NCBI RefSeq assembly: GCF_036321535.1
Contig: NC_087451.1
Location: 27,652,001-27,716,000, forward strand
Direction: 5' to 3'
Length of the DNA: 64,000 nucleotides
Source of the DNA: Camelus dromedarius
Lineage: Eukaryota
Part shown: positions 1 to 13,900 of the stretch, piece after piece
How positions within the stretch are numbered: the first letter of the stretch is position 1
Layout of the letters: every line of letters starts with the position of its first letter
Position numbers and translations under genes: made by a program
Notes under the pieces: generated by a model
What the model was told of the DNA's origin: nothing
The model's input: only the letters and a program-made list of their open reading frames with translations
Databases searched by the model: none

Positions 1-1037
<1,037 letters not shown>

Positions 1038-1107
1038 GCCCCCTCCACCCACACGTACTCCTGTTCCACGCTGAGCCCACCTTAACCCTCCCCTTCTCCA
1101 TCCTTCC

Positions 1108-1113
1108 AATAAA
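1108..1113 (+). terminator. DCXR polyadenylation signal AATAAA
   Basis: Canonical hexamer about 70 nt after the DCXR stop, followed by a pyrimidine-rich tract. Confidence 0.85.
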
Positions 1114-1404
1114 CCTGACTCTTCTGTCCAGCCTGCATGCTGATTCCTAGGCTGCTGTCGAGTGGCTGGAAGACACAGAGCTCAGGGGCTGAGTGTGGGA
1201 GTGAGTCCCAGATAGAGACGCCCATTCAACTCACATCCCAGGCCGGGCGGCAGCCTGGCTCCCCAGCCTGAGGTCTGCAGGCCTGGCTAAGTCCCTGGCA
1301 GGGCTGGGAGATGGAACTTTCCAGAAGGCCAGCTCCTAAGGAGGCTAGTGAATTTGACCAAGGATGGCCTTTGGCCTGGTCCAGAGAGGCCTCTGGGGTG
1401 GAAG

Positions 1405-1935
1405 CAGTAGTGTTTTGAACACAAACGTTGGCTGGGATTCCTGGAAGTCAGCGCATAAAAGACAGAAGTGAACTGAGGAGGCAGTGTTGGAAAGTCACTA
1501 CTTTGTTGACTTGAGTGACTTCTTTGCTGAATCAGACGATGGTTTTCAACTACTGAGAACATTTCCTCAACTTTTTGAGTTATTCACCATGTACTGAACA
1601 CAGGCACAGCACAAGCTCCAGCTGCAGAATTTGCCCACTTCCATGGTGTAGGTACTCCCACCTGTTTGATGTCCTTGAGGCGGCGCTGGGGAGAGACGGG
1701 AGCACCTCACCTCTGCCTGGTATCCCCACCACGCAGACACAGTAGCTCTAAATGACCCACCCGAAAGCACAGATAATAATGTACAAAAATAATTAGAAAG
1801 TGATGTGCTTTGAGCATTTGTTAAATTGTGTCTTTGATAGAACTAGTTGTAAGTTTATATAATTATTAACAATAGCTGCTTAAAAGCTGGCTAGCAAAAT
1901 TCCTGAGGTTTAGCAGTCGGCTCAGAGACCCACAG
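1405..1935 (-). mobile_element. Degenerate hAT-type DNA transposon fossil, MER63-like
   Basis: AT-rich island between the convergent DCXR and RAC3 3' ends. The minus strand reads GAGCCGACTGCTAAACCTCAGGAATTTTGCTAGCC...ATTATATAAACTTACAA...GTGAATAACTCAAAAAGTTGAGGAAATGTTCT...GATTCAGCAAAGAAGTC, resembling the MER63 consensus as recalled. Boundaries approximate. Confidence 0.6.
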
Positions 1936-2531
1936 TTTGGTAGCAGAGTGTGGCCTTCTCATCATGGGTCTGCCCAGGAGGAGTGGTGCCCTGTGGCCTC
2001 AGGGCGAGGTCGGTGCCAGGCCAGGCTCCCTGCCGTCCCTCCTCCCCGTCCACACCACACTTGTCCTACCTCCACAGCTTCATGGGCCCCTCTGCCTGGA
2101 TGCCCTTCCTTCTCATGGCCTGGCTCCTTGGGACTCCGCTCAGTGTTCCCCAGACTGGGCGGAACAGCCTTGCCCTAGGCTGTTGGGGCCACGCTGCCCC
2201 CTGCCACACCTGGGAGCTGCTTAAGCAGCCAGAGCCCACCCGCTCCCCGGGCCGGGCCCCTCCAGAGGCCCCATCCACATGAGGGGGGCTGTCTTCATCC
2301 AGAAGGGGCCGAGTGCACTTGCTCCCTCTATGATCCGGGTCCCTCCTTTGGAAACTGACAGCTCAGTAAGCTCTTCCTTCTCCTCTGGCCCAGGATTGGG
2401 GGATCAAGGTCACCTGCTCTGTACCCATGAATTGGGAAGGGAACTGGGGGCAGAGCACCCGAGGGCAGAGGGGCAGGCAGGGTGAGAGGAGCAGGTCAGG
2501 CAGCCAGACAGGCAGGAAATGGTGGAGAACG

Positions 2532-2537
2532 TTTATT
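2532..2537 (-). terminator. RAC3 polyadenylation signal AATAAA
   Basis: TTTATT on the + strand, about 360 nt downstream of the RAC3 stop codon. Confidence 0.85.
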
Positions 2538-2893
2538 GTATAAAATAAGAAAGGGCCGCCCCATCCTGGGGCACAAGAACAGAACCCACCCCCCAACCTC
2601 CCCCAGCAGGGAAGCCCATCCTGGGGCTGCCCTGGGCCCGCCCCTGCAGCCTGAGGGAGTCCCTGCTCCCTTCTGGCCTCCCGTAGGGACCAGGGGAGGC
2701 CGGAGCTGTGCCCCTGGAAAGAGGTGGACAGGATCTCCCAGCCCCAGCACCGCCACCAGGGGCAGCAGCCTGGTCCCCATGCTTCCTTCCCCTCCCCACC
2801 CACACCACTCCCCCACCGCAGACTCGGGGACATCGAACATCTCGACAGGACAGACATGGGTGGGCACGGGCTGTGCCTCCAGAAGTGGGGGTT

Positions 2894-4993
<2,100 letters not shown>

Positions 4994-6060
4994 GGGCGCG
5001 GGCCGGGCGGGCGCGGCCGCGAGCCGAGCTGCGGAGAAATGCCCGGCGCCGCAGCCGCCGCGGACCGGAGCCGAGCGCCGAGCCGAGCGGCCGGAGACAG
5101 CCGAGCGCCGCCGAGCGCCGGGCGCGGAGACAGCCGAGCGCGGCCGGTCGGGCGGGCGGGGGGCGCGGACCCGCCCCGAACCCGGACCAACGCGCCTTCC
5201 AGAGAAATCTGGTGCGGGGCGGGGATATGACGCATCCCCCCCGATCCGGTCCCCGAGCTCCTGTGACCCACACTAAGGCACCGCGCAGGCAGGCGGCTCC
5301 CACCCACCTGGACAGGTTTGGGTGGTCCATGCGCACAGGGTTTCTTCCAGGGAGAACACTCCCAGGGTCCACCCACCCTTCAACCAGGAGACAGCTGGAG
5401 ACAACTGGTGTTTGCAGTCACCAGAGGCCCCCAAGGCGGGCAACCCCGGGCCCAGCTGTCACCCTCCCCTCCCGTCCGCTGCGGTAGCCAGACCACCACC
5501 TCCATCTGGCAGCAGTTGGGGGGGGGTGGTGACCCACCCACACCTAGAGGGTATTTTCTGCAGGGTCCAGCCTTGGGAGTACTGGTTGATGTGGGAGAAA
5601 GGCTCTGGGACCAAAATGTATCACAAAGTACAAAAGCCTGTATTTCAGAACTGCCGGAGAGAGGGCGTGCTGGGGCCGCTGAGCTCAGGGTTGCTGTTAG
5701 GTGACTGAACAGAGGCGGAGGGGCATGGAGGGCTCAGGACCGCTCCCCCGTCTTCCATCAGGGTCTGTGCTCTCAGGCACATCCTCCTCCTCCCTGGGAC
5801 TGGACCCAAGGAGTGGGGAGGGGCCAGGGCCCACTACAACCCCCAACCCCCTTGGCCAGCCCTCTGGACCCCTGCAGCGGGGCTGCTCTCAGATCCACCC
5901 CGCCACTGATTTTCCGAGTCACCAGCTGTAGAATCTGCCCAAACAGCCCGGGCCTGCCCGATGGATGGCCTGTCCCTTGAGAGGAAGGGATGGGCAGCAG
6001 TATGACCCAGACGTCCGGCAGATGCCACCTTCCTGCTGCTCGGAGTTTTCCTGCCTCCCC

Positions 6061-9000
6061 TCATTTCTGGGGGCTCAGGGTCCTCAGGGGGGACCCTTGC
6101 ACATAAGCCAGGACAGCATTTTGCAGAAAGCTGGCCCTCTGGGCCTCCTCATCCCGGATCCGGGCGATCTCCGCTTCCTTGAGTCGAAGCTTCTCGCGGA
6201 GGGAGGCGTTCTCGCTCTCCCTGTCCAGCAGTGCCTCCCGGTGGTCACTCGCGATCACTGCAGGGAGGAAGCTTGGTGAGGAAGGGGCGCTGGGCGCTGT
6301 CTGGGCTCCTGCCATTCCAGAAGCCCACTGGGGGCTGGGGGACCAGGCTTGCTCACTTGCCTCTTGTGCCAGGACCTCCGGGAGCTGAGACCTCAGCCAG
6401 GCTCGGCAGGCCAGGCCAGCCCCCTGTGGGACGACCCAGTGAGGGAGGTCCTGCAGAGACGCTGTGGGGGGCTCCGGGCCCAGCTCACCTTTCAGCTGGC
6501 GCTCCAGGGCTGCCACCTTCTCCTTAAGCGCTTCCTGGGCCGTCAGCTCAGCCTTCAGGCGGCCTTTCTGCTCCTGCAGCTCCACCCGCACCCTGGTCAC
6601 TTCGGCGACCTTTTCCTGGTCCTTGTTGCTCAGTTCCTGCCAAGCATGTGGGTGGGTGGGGGGTGAGATGGAGGCTGGGGCAGGGGCACCCCCGGTAGCC
6701 CTCAAAGTCCCAGCTACCTGCTGCAGCTCCTCCAGGCGCCGCTGCAGGCCCTCCACCTGCACGCCCAGCTGGCTGGCCCTCGCCTGGGCATCGGCCACCG
6801 TCTGCTTCTGCTGCAGGCAGGCGCTCTGAGCCTCGTCCCGCGCCTGCGCCAGCAGCCGCAGCTTCTCCTCCAGGTGAGCCAGGCGCTGCTGCTGCAGGCA
6901 TGGGGGAGGGGCTGGTGAATTGCTTTCTGGCCCGTGGCCGTGAGCTCACGTGGGCAGTGACCCCCTACTCCCCGCTTCAGGCTGAGAGGAGCTTTTATTT
7001 GCTGTGTGGAAACCGCACTGTCGCTAAAGTTGTTACGAATACTGCTCTGAATGGGCTCAGCTTGAACAGGGAGCCTCTGGGGACCACTCTCCCCGGGCTC
7101 CTCCTCCGGGCCCCAGGCTGATGCCATCCTGCCCTCTGGTCTCCCACTTCCACCATGCCGTCACGGGCTGCACGTTTGGGCCAAACCCCTTCCCCACGGG
7201 CCTGGAAGATGTTGGCTCTTTGTGGGGGGTGGATGTGGTCTGACTCTTCCCCACTCCTGCACCCCTGGAGCTTCCATTCTCAACTCCGTCCCTACAGAGA
7301 TAGGGGACAGCCCTGATCTGGCCCCATGAAGCCTGCGGTGCCGTACAATCCAGAGAGCCCCTGGCAGCCCCTCAGACCTCTCCCTATGGTGGGCGCTGCC
7401 AGCAGTAGGCAGCGGCCTTGGGCTCACCTCCTCCAGACGGACTTGGTTCTTGGCCTTGACAAGCTCCTCCTCGGCTTGGCTCCGCTCACTGAGCGCTGCT
7501 GCCTTAGCCCGGCTCAGCTCCTGCACCACAGACAGCAATCCCTGGGTCCTTCCTGCAGCCCAGGGACCCATCCCGGCCACATCCAGCCTCCCCAGGGGAG
7601 GGCAGAGCTCCAGCACCCAGCTCACCTCCTCCAGGGACAGCCGCGCGGCTTCCAGCCTCTGCACCCTCTCCTGCATGGCCCTCTCACTCTCCTCCAGGTG
7701 CCGAGTCATGTGTTCCACCTGCGGGGCGCAGGGATGGGGCCGGCAGGCTGGCTCCCCCACCTTCAGCTCATCGGATCCCCACCCCAGGAGGCAAGTGAAT
7801 CATGGGGACCCTTCCAGGTGGGGGCTCGTGGTGGGGTGGACGTGGTGCTGATGGGACGCGTGTCCTCCTCTGACCTTTCCTAGCGAGGGCTGCCCCAAGC
7901 GGCCTTGCAGGTAGCGAGGATGGAGGGTCCATCCCAGCGCTGTCCACCCCCCACCCCCCGATGGCACGGAGTACATGGCGGCTTGCACTGGGGTGACAGC
8001 ATGGTCAGGGTCCCTTCTAGAAACTGGTCAGGAGGTTCTGGGTCTGACACCTGCCAGGACTGGTGGAGAACCGCCACCAGAGCCCCACGGGCTCCTGGGG
8101 GAGCACACTGGGAGTGTGCCTTGACACTGTGTCAGACCGAGGTGTCCACAGGCCCTGGTGGGGACGTGAGGGGCAAAGGCCAGAGAACGTGACCAATGAG
8201 GAACCTCCGTGAAGCGCAAGTGCTCCGAGTCCTCCAGGCTCTGCCGGGACCTCTTCTTCTCGAGCTCCAGGCGCTCTGGAAGCACGGGGGATCGCGTGGG
8301 CAGGGCTCCTCTGGTGGCCCCCTGGCTCCCAGGGTCCCCGTCTCCAGGCCCCAGCAGCTGGCCTGGTGTGCCTACCTTCGGCCTGGACTGCCCGCAGCTT
8401 CAGCTCGGCAGCCGTGTTGCTCAGCTCCTGCCGGGCCAGGAACAGCTGCTCCTGCTGAGACTTCGCCTTCCGCTCCAGCTCGTCCACCTGAGCCAGCGTC
8501 CAGGGAGGGAAGCTTAGGTCCCTGTCGCGAAGCCCCACCTGGGGCTCTCCAGGCGCCTGGCCCCACGCCCCCAGACCTGGTTTCGCAGAAGCAGGTTCTT
8601 TTCGTTGGCAGCAGACAAGTCTCTGAGGAGCTTCGACTCCCGCTCTGCAGCTTCCTGGGGGTGAGACAGGGAAAGGGCGCCACTGGCCACCCGCCGCCAC
8701 GCCCCACCTGCCTGCCCCACGCCCGCCTGCCGCCCAGCCCTCCCTGCCCACCTGCTGCTCCAGCCTGTGCTCCTTCGCCTGTCTCTGTGCCTGGCTCCGA
8801 CGTTCCTGTTCTGCAGCGGCCAGGAGCTCCCCCAGGTCCCGGGCCTTCTGCTCCGACAGAGCCAGGGCGGCCTCAGCCATCTGCAGCCTGCAAGGAGGAA
8901 GAGCCAGCCTTGCCAGCCGACCGTGAGCTCCGCCCCGGCCCCGCCTCCAGCCTTGCTAAGGCCTTGCCGTTCTCCCTCGTGCCAGGTGTCTACCCAGCTA

Positions 9001-12000
9001 ACACTCGGCTCCTCCAAAAAGCCTTCCCAAGTCGGCACCCCAGCCGCTTCCCACTTCTACTTTGTACACTGGGGTCTTGAGTCCTCGCCTGGATGGTCCT
9101 CCTCTGCCCTGTGGGCAGGTCTCTAAAGTGTTCCAAAGCACCCCCGACCCCAGTCCTGTGCTCTGTCCCTCCTTACTTGGCCTTGAGGGCTTTGATGACG
9201 GAGTGCCTCTCGTCCAGGGCTTCCTGAAGCTGCCCTACACGCACTGCTGATGCCCTGCGGGCCAAGAGGAAGGTCCACGAAGCCCAAGCCCCAGAGCCTC
9301 TCCGGGGTTGGCCCTGTAGCAGCCGCTGGTCGTCATGCTCACACAGTGGGCTGAGAATGTGCTCGGTGCTGCCTCTGACCCTCCAGCCCACTGGCTCAGG
9401 GAATACACCCCACGACCACAGGTGAGGTCACTCTGAGGCTAGAGCCGGGATTCGAACCCCGGGCACCTCCACCGCGCCGCCCCTCTGCCCCCAGTTCTGG
9501 GGCCATGCTCACCTGCTGCTCCGGGCCATCTCTTCTCTCTGCCTGTCAATCGTCTCCATCAAGTCCAGGAACTGGGGACAGAACCGGACAGAACCCCTTC
9601 AGGGTCCAGAGCCTGCCCGCTGCCCATGCGGGCGGGAAGGTGGCCAACATGCACTGAGGCAGCAGGACACCAAGCGGCTCAGCCCCATCCAAACGGAGGA
9701 TAGGTCCCATGAAGGGGAACCCACCCACCCAGCCAGAGAGCATCAAACAAGAGGCTGCCTCCTGGGCCTGGGTGGGCTGTTTGGAGAGATTCCAGGGCCA
9801 AAGGAGTGAGATGGCCCTGGCACTGGGCCAAGGGGGGGCCCTTCATCCACAGGGCAGGGCTGGGGTTGCGGCCGGGCAGGCGTCTGCGGTCAGAGACGGT
9901 GCCACCCTCACCTGCTTGGACTTCTCTTCCCGGAGGTGCTGCACCTCCTTGCTGAGCACGTGGGTGCGGGCCTGGTTCTCCCGGAAGGCGGTCTGCCGGT
10001 CCTGGTTGTGGTCCATGGCCTGCTCTGTTGGGAAAAGCCAAGTCATCTACCAGGGGTGCTGAGCCTTGGGAGTGGCTGACGGCCGGCCGAACCCCGTGCC
10101 CAGAAGGCCCCGTGCAAGGCAGTGTCTCACCCCACAAGTCAGACAGACCCCTCAGGGCACTAGCAGATGAGGGGCTCAGCAGGGGTGGGGGTGACGGTGA
10201 GGCCAGGAGCTTGGGAGGCACATGGCAGGGGGATGCACAGGAAGCGGTGGAGGAGGCTGCTCCACTTCCACAAGAGGTGGGCACTTGGGCTCTGCCCCAA
10301 ATATCAAAGACACACTGCCTGACTTTTAAGAGGTAACTGCTGAGCTCAGCTCCTGGGTTCTAGAGAGATCCAGGACAGGAGCCAGCCAGAAACAGCCATG
10401 GGACCAGAAGCAATGACAACAGCTGGAGGCAGGGCCAAGGACCAAGTGGGAGAGGCCACGTGTTGGGCAGACCCAGCAGCAGGGTGACCCCACACTAGAT
10501 TCCAACCCAAGCTTGGGCCCTCAGGTGGCCGGCGCCGCTGGCAGGACAAGGAGCCACGGGAGTGAGTTGTCGGCATCAGGACGGGAGCAGCGCCGGGCAG
10601 TCAGCGCTCGCTCTGGTTTTAACGGGCTACAGTCCTGATGCGCTCACGCGCTCTGGCTGAGCCGCCCACCCTGGGTGGCTAGGCCTCTGTCAGAGGGGAT
10701 CAGCTTCATGCTCATGACCTGCTCCAAGTGCTGGAAGCTGCCAGCAGCCCACACGCCCATACCCACAGCTCTGAGGACATCCCCCGGGATGCTATTCCCA
10801 GCCAGCTCCAGCCTCCACAGGGTTCTGTTGCTGGGGAGACAGTTCACCAGGGCGCGGCCGCCAAGGAGGCCGATGTGATTCCAGCGCAGGTCTGAAAGGA
10901 AACCTGTTGTCACCGGACAGAGAGCACCGGGCAGGGGTGGGAGGGCCAGGCCAGCCTAAGCTGCTTCCTTTGTGGGGCTGGGGCTGCCTGTGATCGGCCA
11001 CAGACCGGGGAGCAGGAGATGCAACCCCCACCCCCACCCCAAGACCCAGACGGCCTGGCTGGGCCTGAGGACCCGGGAGGGCAGTGCCGGGTGGCCTCAC
11101 CCAGCTGCTGAAGGCTGGCATTGCTCTTCAGGGCCAGGGCCAGCTCCTCGGCGCCCTTGTGGCTGATCTGGTTGTTGCGGAGGTCCAGCTGCCGCAGGGC
11201 GCTGTTGGCCGCCAGGGCCCCACAGAAGGTGGCGAAGGCTTCTTCCCAGGTGCCCAGGCTGTTCCACTCCAGGGTGAGGCTGCGGGAAGCAGGGGCGTGA
11301 GGTCATGGCACTGGAGGGCATCCTGCTCCCACAGGCTCCAAGGGGGTGAGGAGGGGTGCTGGCTTGGGGGTCTCTGGCACTTTCAGGCTGGAGCCGCCTG
11401 CTCCCACCTACTCCCCACCCATAAGTGGGAAAGACAGAGACTGGAGTGAAGGAGTGAGCTCTCTCATGTTGCAGAACCACGTTCTCTGGAGCCAACCTAG
11501 AACCGTGGTTGAGGGCAGCGAGGGCAGGGCCCCCCACGCTACCTCTGAATGGACTTGTTCTGTCGGAGGAGTTTTCCCAGTGCCTCGGCCCCTGTGGCTC
11601 GAAGGTTATTGCCCTAGGAAAGGAAGAGGCCAGCCAGTCACTCCCCACCACCCCGGGCTGGGCTCTGACCTCCGTGGTCAGGCAGTGGGCAAGGCCACGA
11701 GAGCTCTAGACAGAAAATGTGGCCCCTGTCAGGTTCTGCTTTCCCTGACCACAGGAGGGCTCCTGGTGTGGACGCTCTGGAACTCACATTCCTGCCCTCC
11801 AGACACTGGCCCCCAAGCAAGAGACCACAAGAAAACGGTGCAGGGCCTGTGTGCTGAGTGCTTACAGAAGGAGTCTCTGGCTGCCATCACACCTGTATCT
11901 CCTCTACCCTCTTCTCAGGTGGCACGCCCCTGAGCACAAATCCACCCACCTTTAGATCCAGAAACCGCACCACGGTGTTGACACACAGCCCCTGCAGCAG

Positions 12001-12830
12001 CAGTGTGGCCCCTGGAAGACAGCAGGGCAGTCACTCTCCACCCCTTGGTAGCTCCATCTGGGGGCAGCTCCCCCAACGTCAGGGAGGGACGACAGTCCCG
12101 GTGGCCCCCATTAGTCAGGGTTCATGCCAAAAATGGGTCACCTTACTCACTGTGTCACATTGCGGAGGGGGTAGGGTACAGCTCAGTGGTAGAATGTGTG
12201 CCTAGCATGCACGAGGTCCTGGGTTCAATCCCCAGTACCTCCATCAAAATAAGTAAAATGAAACTTAAAAAAAAAATCTGCCAAGTGCAGAGTCAGCCTG
12301 CTGACCCTTGCTGGAACTCTCCTAAGTGGAGGGACCCTACAGAGAAACAGCCGTCTGCTCACAGGTTTCACGGGCAGATGCTGCTGCTTGCTGTAACTAC
12401 AGTAAAGGGGAGAAACCTCGGGGAAGGGTTGGGGTGGGAGGACAGAGAATTCCTTGCTGGAGGCTGCCAAGCACCAAGGACGGGGCGTGTGCAGCAAACA
12501 AGCAGCGAGGCAGAGCAGGAAAGGCTGCCCTGAAGCACAGAGCTTGACTCCAGCCTCAACTCTGAAGTTGGAAGGGCTGCCCTGGCTCCTGCCAGCCCTG
12601 CGGTGCCCACCTTCCTCGCTCAGCATGCAGTCACTCAGGATGAGCTCGGTCAGCAGTGACCCCTTCTGCAACAGCTTGCCCAGGGCCCTGCAGCTGTCCA
12701 CTGTCAGGCTCTGTGTGGCCAGGTCCAGCCGGCCCCGGGACAGCTCCTGCAATTGCTGCAGGACACTCTCCTGCGGCTCGGCCCCGCTCTCCTTACACAG
12801 CCGGCTGTAGGCGCGCCGGAGCTCCTCCAT
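6061..12830 (-). CDS. LRRC45: Leucine-rich repeat-containing protein 45 (centriolar linker / distal appendage protein), 670 aa, 17 exons
   Basis: Exons 12611-12830, 11950-12011, 11543-11613, 11101-11279, 10763-10891, 9912-10024, 9513-9571, 9177-9254, 8752-8887, 8577-8654, 8376-8487, 8205-8275, 7626-7718, 7428-7520, 6718-6891, 6489-6636, 6061-6257 sum to 2013 nt, all GT-AG with consistent phases. [22 protein letters not shown]..., N-terminal LRRs ([31 protein letters not shown]), C-terminal coiled coil ending ...[11 protein letters not shown]. Confidence 0.97.
9385..9470 (+). mobile_element. MIR SINE fragment
   Basis: GGCTCAGGGAAT...GACCACAGGTGAGG...AGAGCCGGGATTCGAACCC resembles the MIR core. 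Short and diverged. Confidence 0.5.
12167..12276 (+). mobile_element. Young tRNA-derived SINE (camelid-type) in LRRC45 intron 1
   Basis: GGGGGTAGGGTACAGCTCAGTGGTAG (A box), CCTAGCATGCACGAGGTCCT, GGGTTCAATCCC (B box, 12221-12232), then an A-rich tail. Homologous to the copies at 49188-49317 and 63808-64000. Confidence 0.9.
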
Positions 12831-13900
12831 GTCCCTGGAGTGCCAGCAGGGCCTCCCCCGAACGCTCACCAGCTGGGGCCGGGAAGCCGGGGAAGCAGAC
12901 TGCTGGCCCTTGCTCGGGGCTCCTGCCCCTGTCGGCAGTAGGGCAGGGCCTCTCCCCCGGGGGCCTCCAGAGAGCCTCCGGCAGCGCAGTGCGGAACACA
13001 GGGACCCTAAGTCCTCAGCAGCCGAGGAACGAGGAGCAAACTGAGTTGGTTCTACAGGCGGAGGCCCCAAGAGGACGGGGGCGGGTGATTCCCAGTCGGG
13101 GGACCGCTGGAGCCGGGGACCGGGGAGGAGGGCGTCTTCGGGGGCAAAGCCTCCAGCCCCGGGGCTGGTCCCGGCGTCGCACGCGCCCCTGGGCTCCAGG
13201 ACCTCAGCCTCAGCCCTCGCGCCGTGGACCCCCGCCCCCTCGCCACGGGTCTACGCGGCCGCGGCGCGCCTCGGTATCCAGGAAGAGCAGGGAAAGCCGG
13301 GAAGGCCTGGCGGAAACTACGACTCCCAGGAGGCCCTGCGGAGGAGTGGGGCTCACCCAGGCCCAATTAGGGCAAACGAGCGGGCGCGCGCGGCCAGCCC
13401 ATTGGCTGGAGATGCGAGGGCGGGGCTCCGGAAGGCGCGCTCAGGGCTCATTGGCTGAAGGCGCAGGGGCGGGGCTTCGGAAGGCGCGCGTCTTGGCCGC
13501 AGTCATGGAGGAAACCGGCGCGGGCTTCCGGAAAGTGAGAGAGGGCCCGCGAGGCCGTGGGTAGCGGGCGAGGGGAGCGGGCTGGGGGCGCCGGGCAGGG
13601 CGGGGGACCGGCGCTGGCGCGGGTCTGGCGAGGACTCCGCAGCCCCGCCGGCTGGGTGACCCACGTGCGGGTTCCGAGCCAGCCCCCGCGCTGCCGGCCG
13701 GTGCCTTCTAGGGTGGGCCCATCCCCAGAATCCGGCCACGACCCCCACCCCGCGCGCCCTTCATCCTCCGTGGATGGGGTCTCGCGGCCGGGTAGCAGAA
13801 CGTTGGTAGGCACCCTGGTCTGCGGCAGGAGGGTGAGGGTCTGCAAGTGCCGGCGGAAGTGCCGGGGGACTCTCTAGGTGCTCTAGCACAGAGCGGCCCA
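12830..13900. promoter_or_regulatory. Bidirectional CpG-island promoter shared by LRRC45 (-) and CENPX (+)
   Basis: Head-to-head ATGs at 12830 and 13505 (675 bp apart). ZNF143/THAP11-type motif ACTACGACTCCCAG at 13316-13329, CCAAT boxes at 13363, 13401 and 13450, plus GC boxes and ETS CGGAAG motifs. Confidence 0.88.

Noticed and set aside
6994-6999. Sense AATAAA in LRRC45 intron 14
   Set aside because: No U/GU-rich downstream element, unlike the ASPSCR1 intron 5 site; probably inert.
12167-12240. tRNA-like sequence with A and B boxes (also at 49240-49317 and 63808-63880)
   Set aside because: Followed by family-specific tails and poly(A), mutually diverged, with no intact cloverleaf; these are SINE heads, not tRNA genes.
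12831-13070. In-frame open 5' extension of LRRC45 from a TTG
   Set aside because: No upstream ATG, the near-cognate start has no support, and 80 stop-free codons are unremarkable at this GC content.
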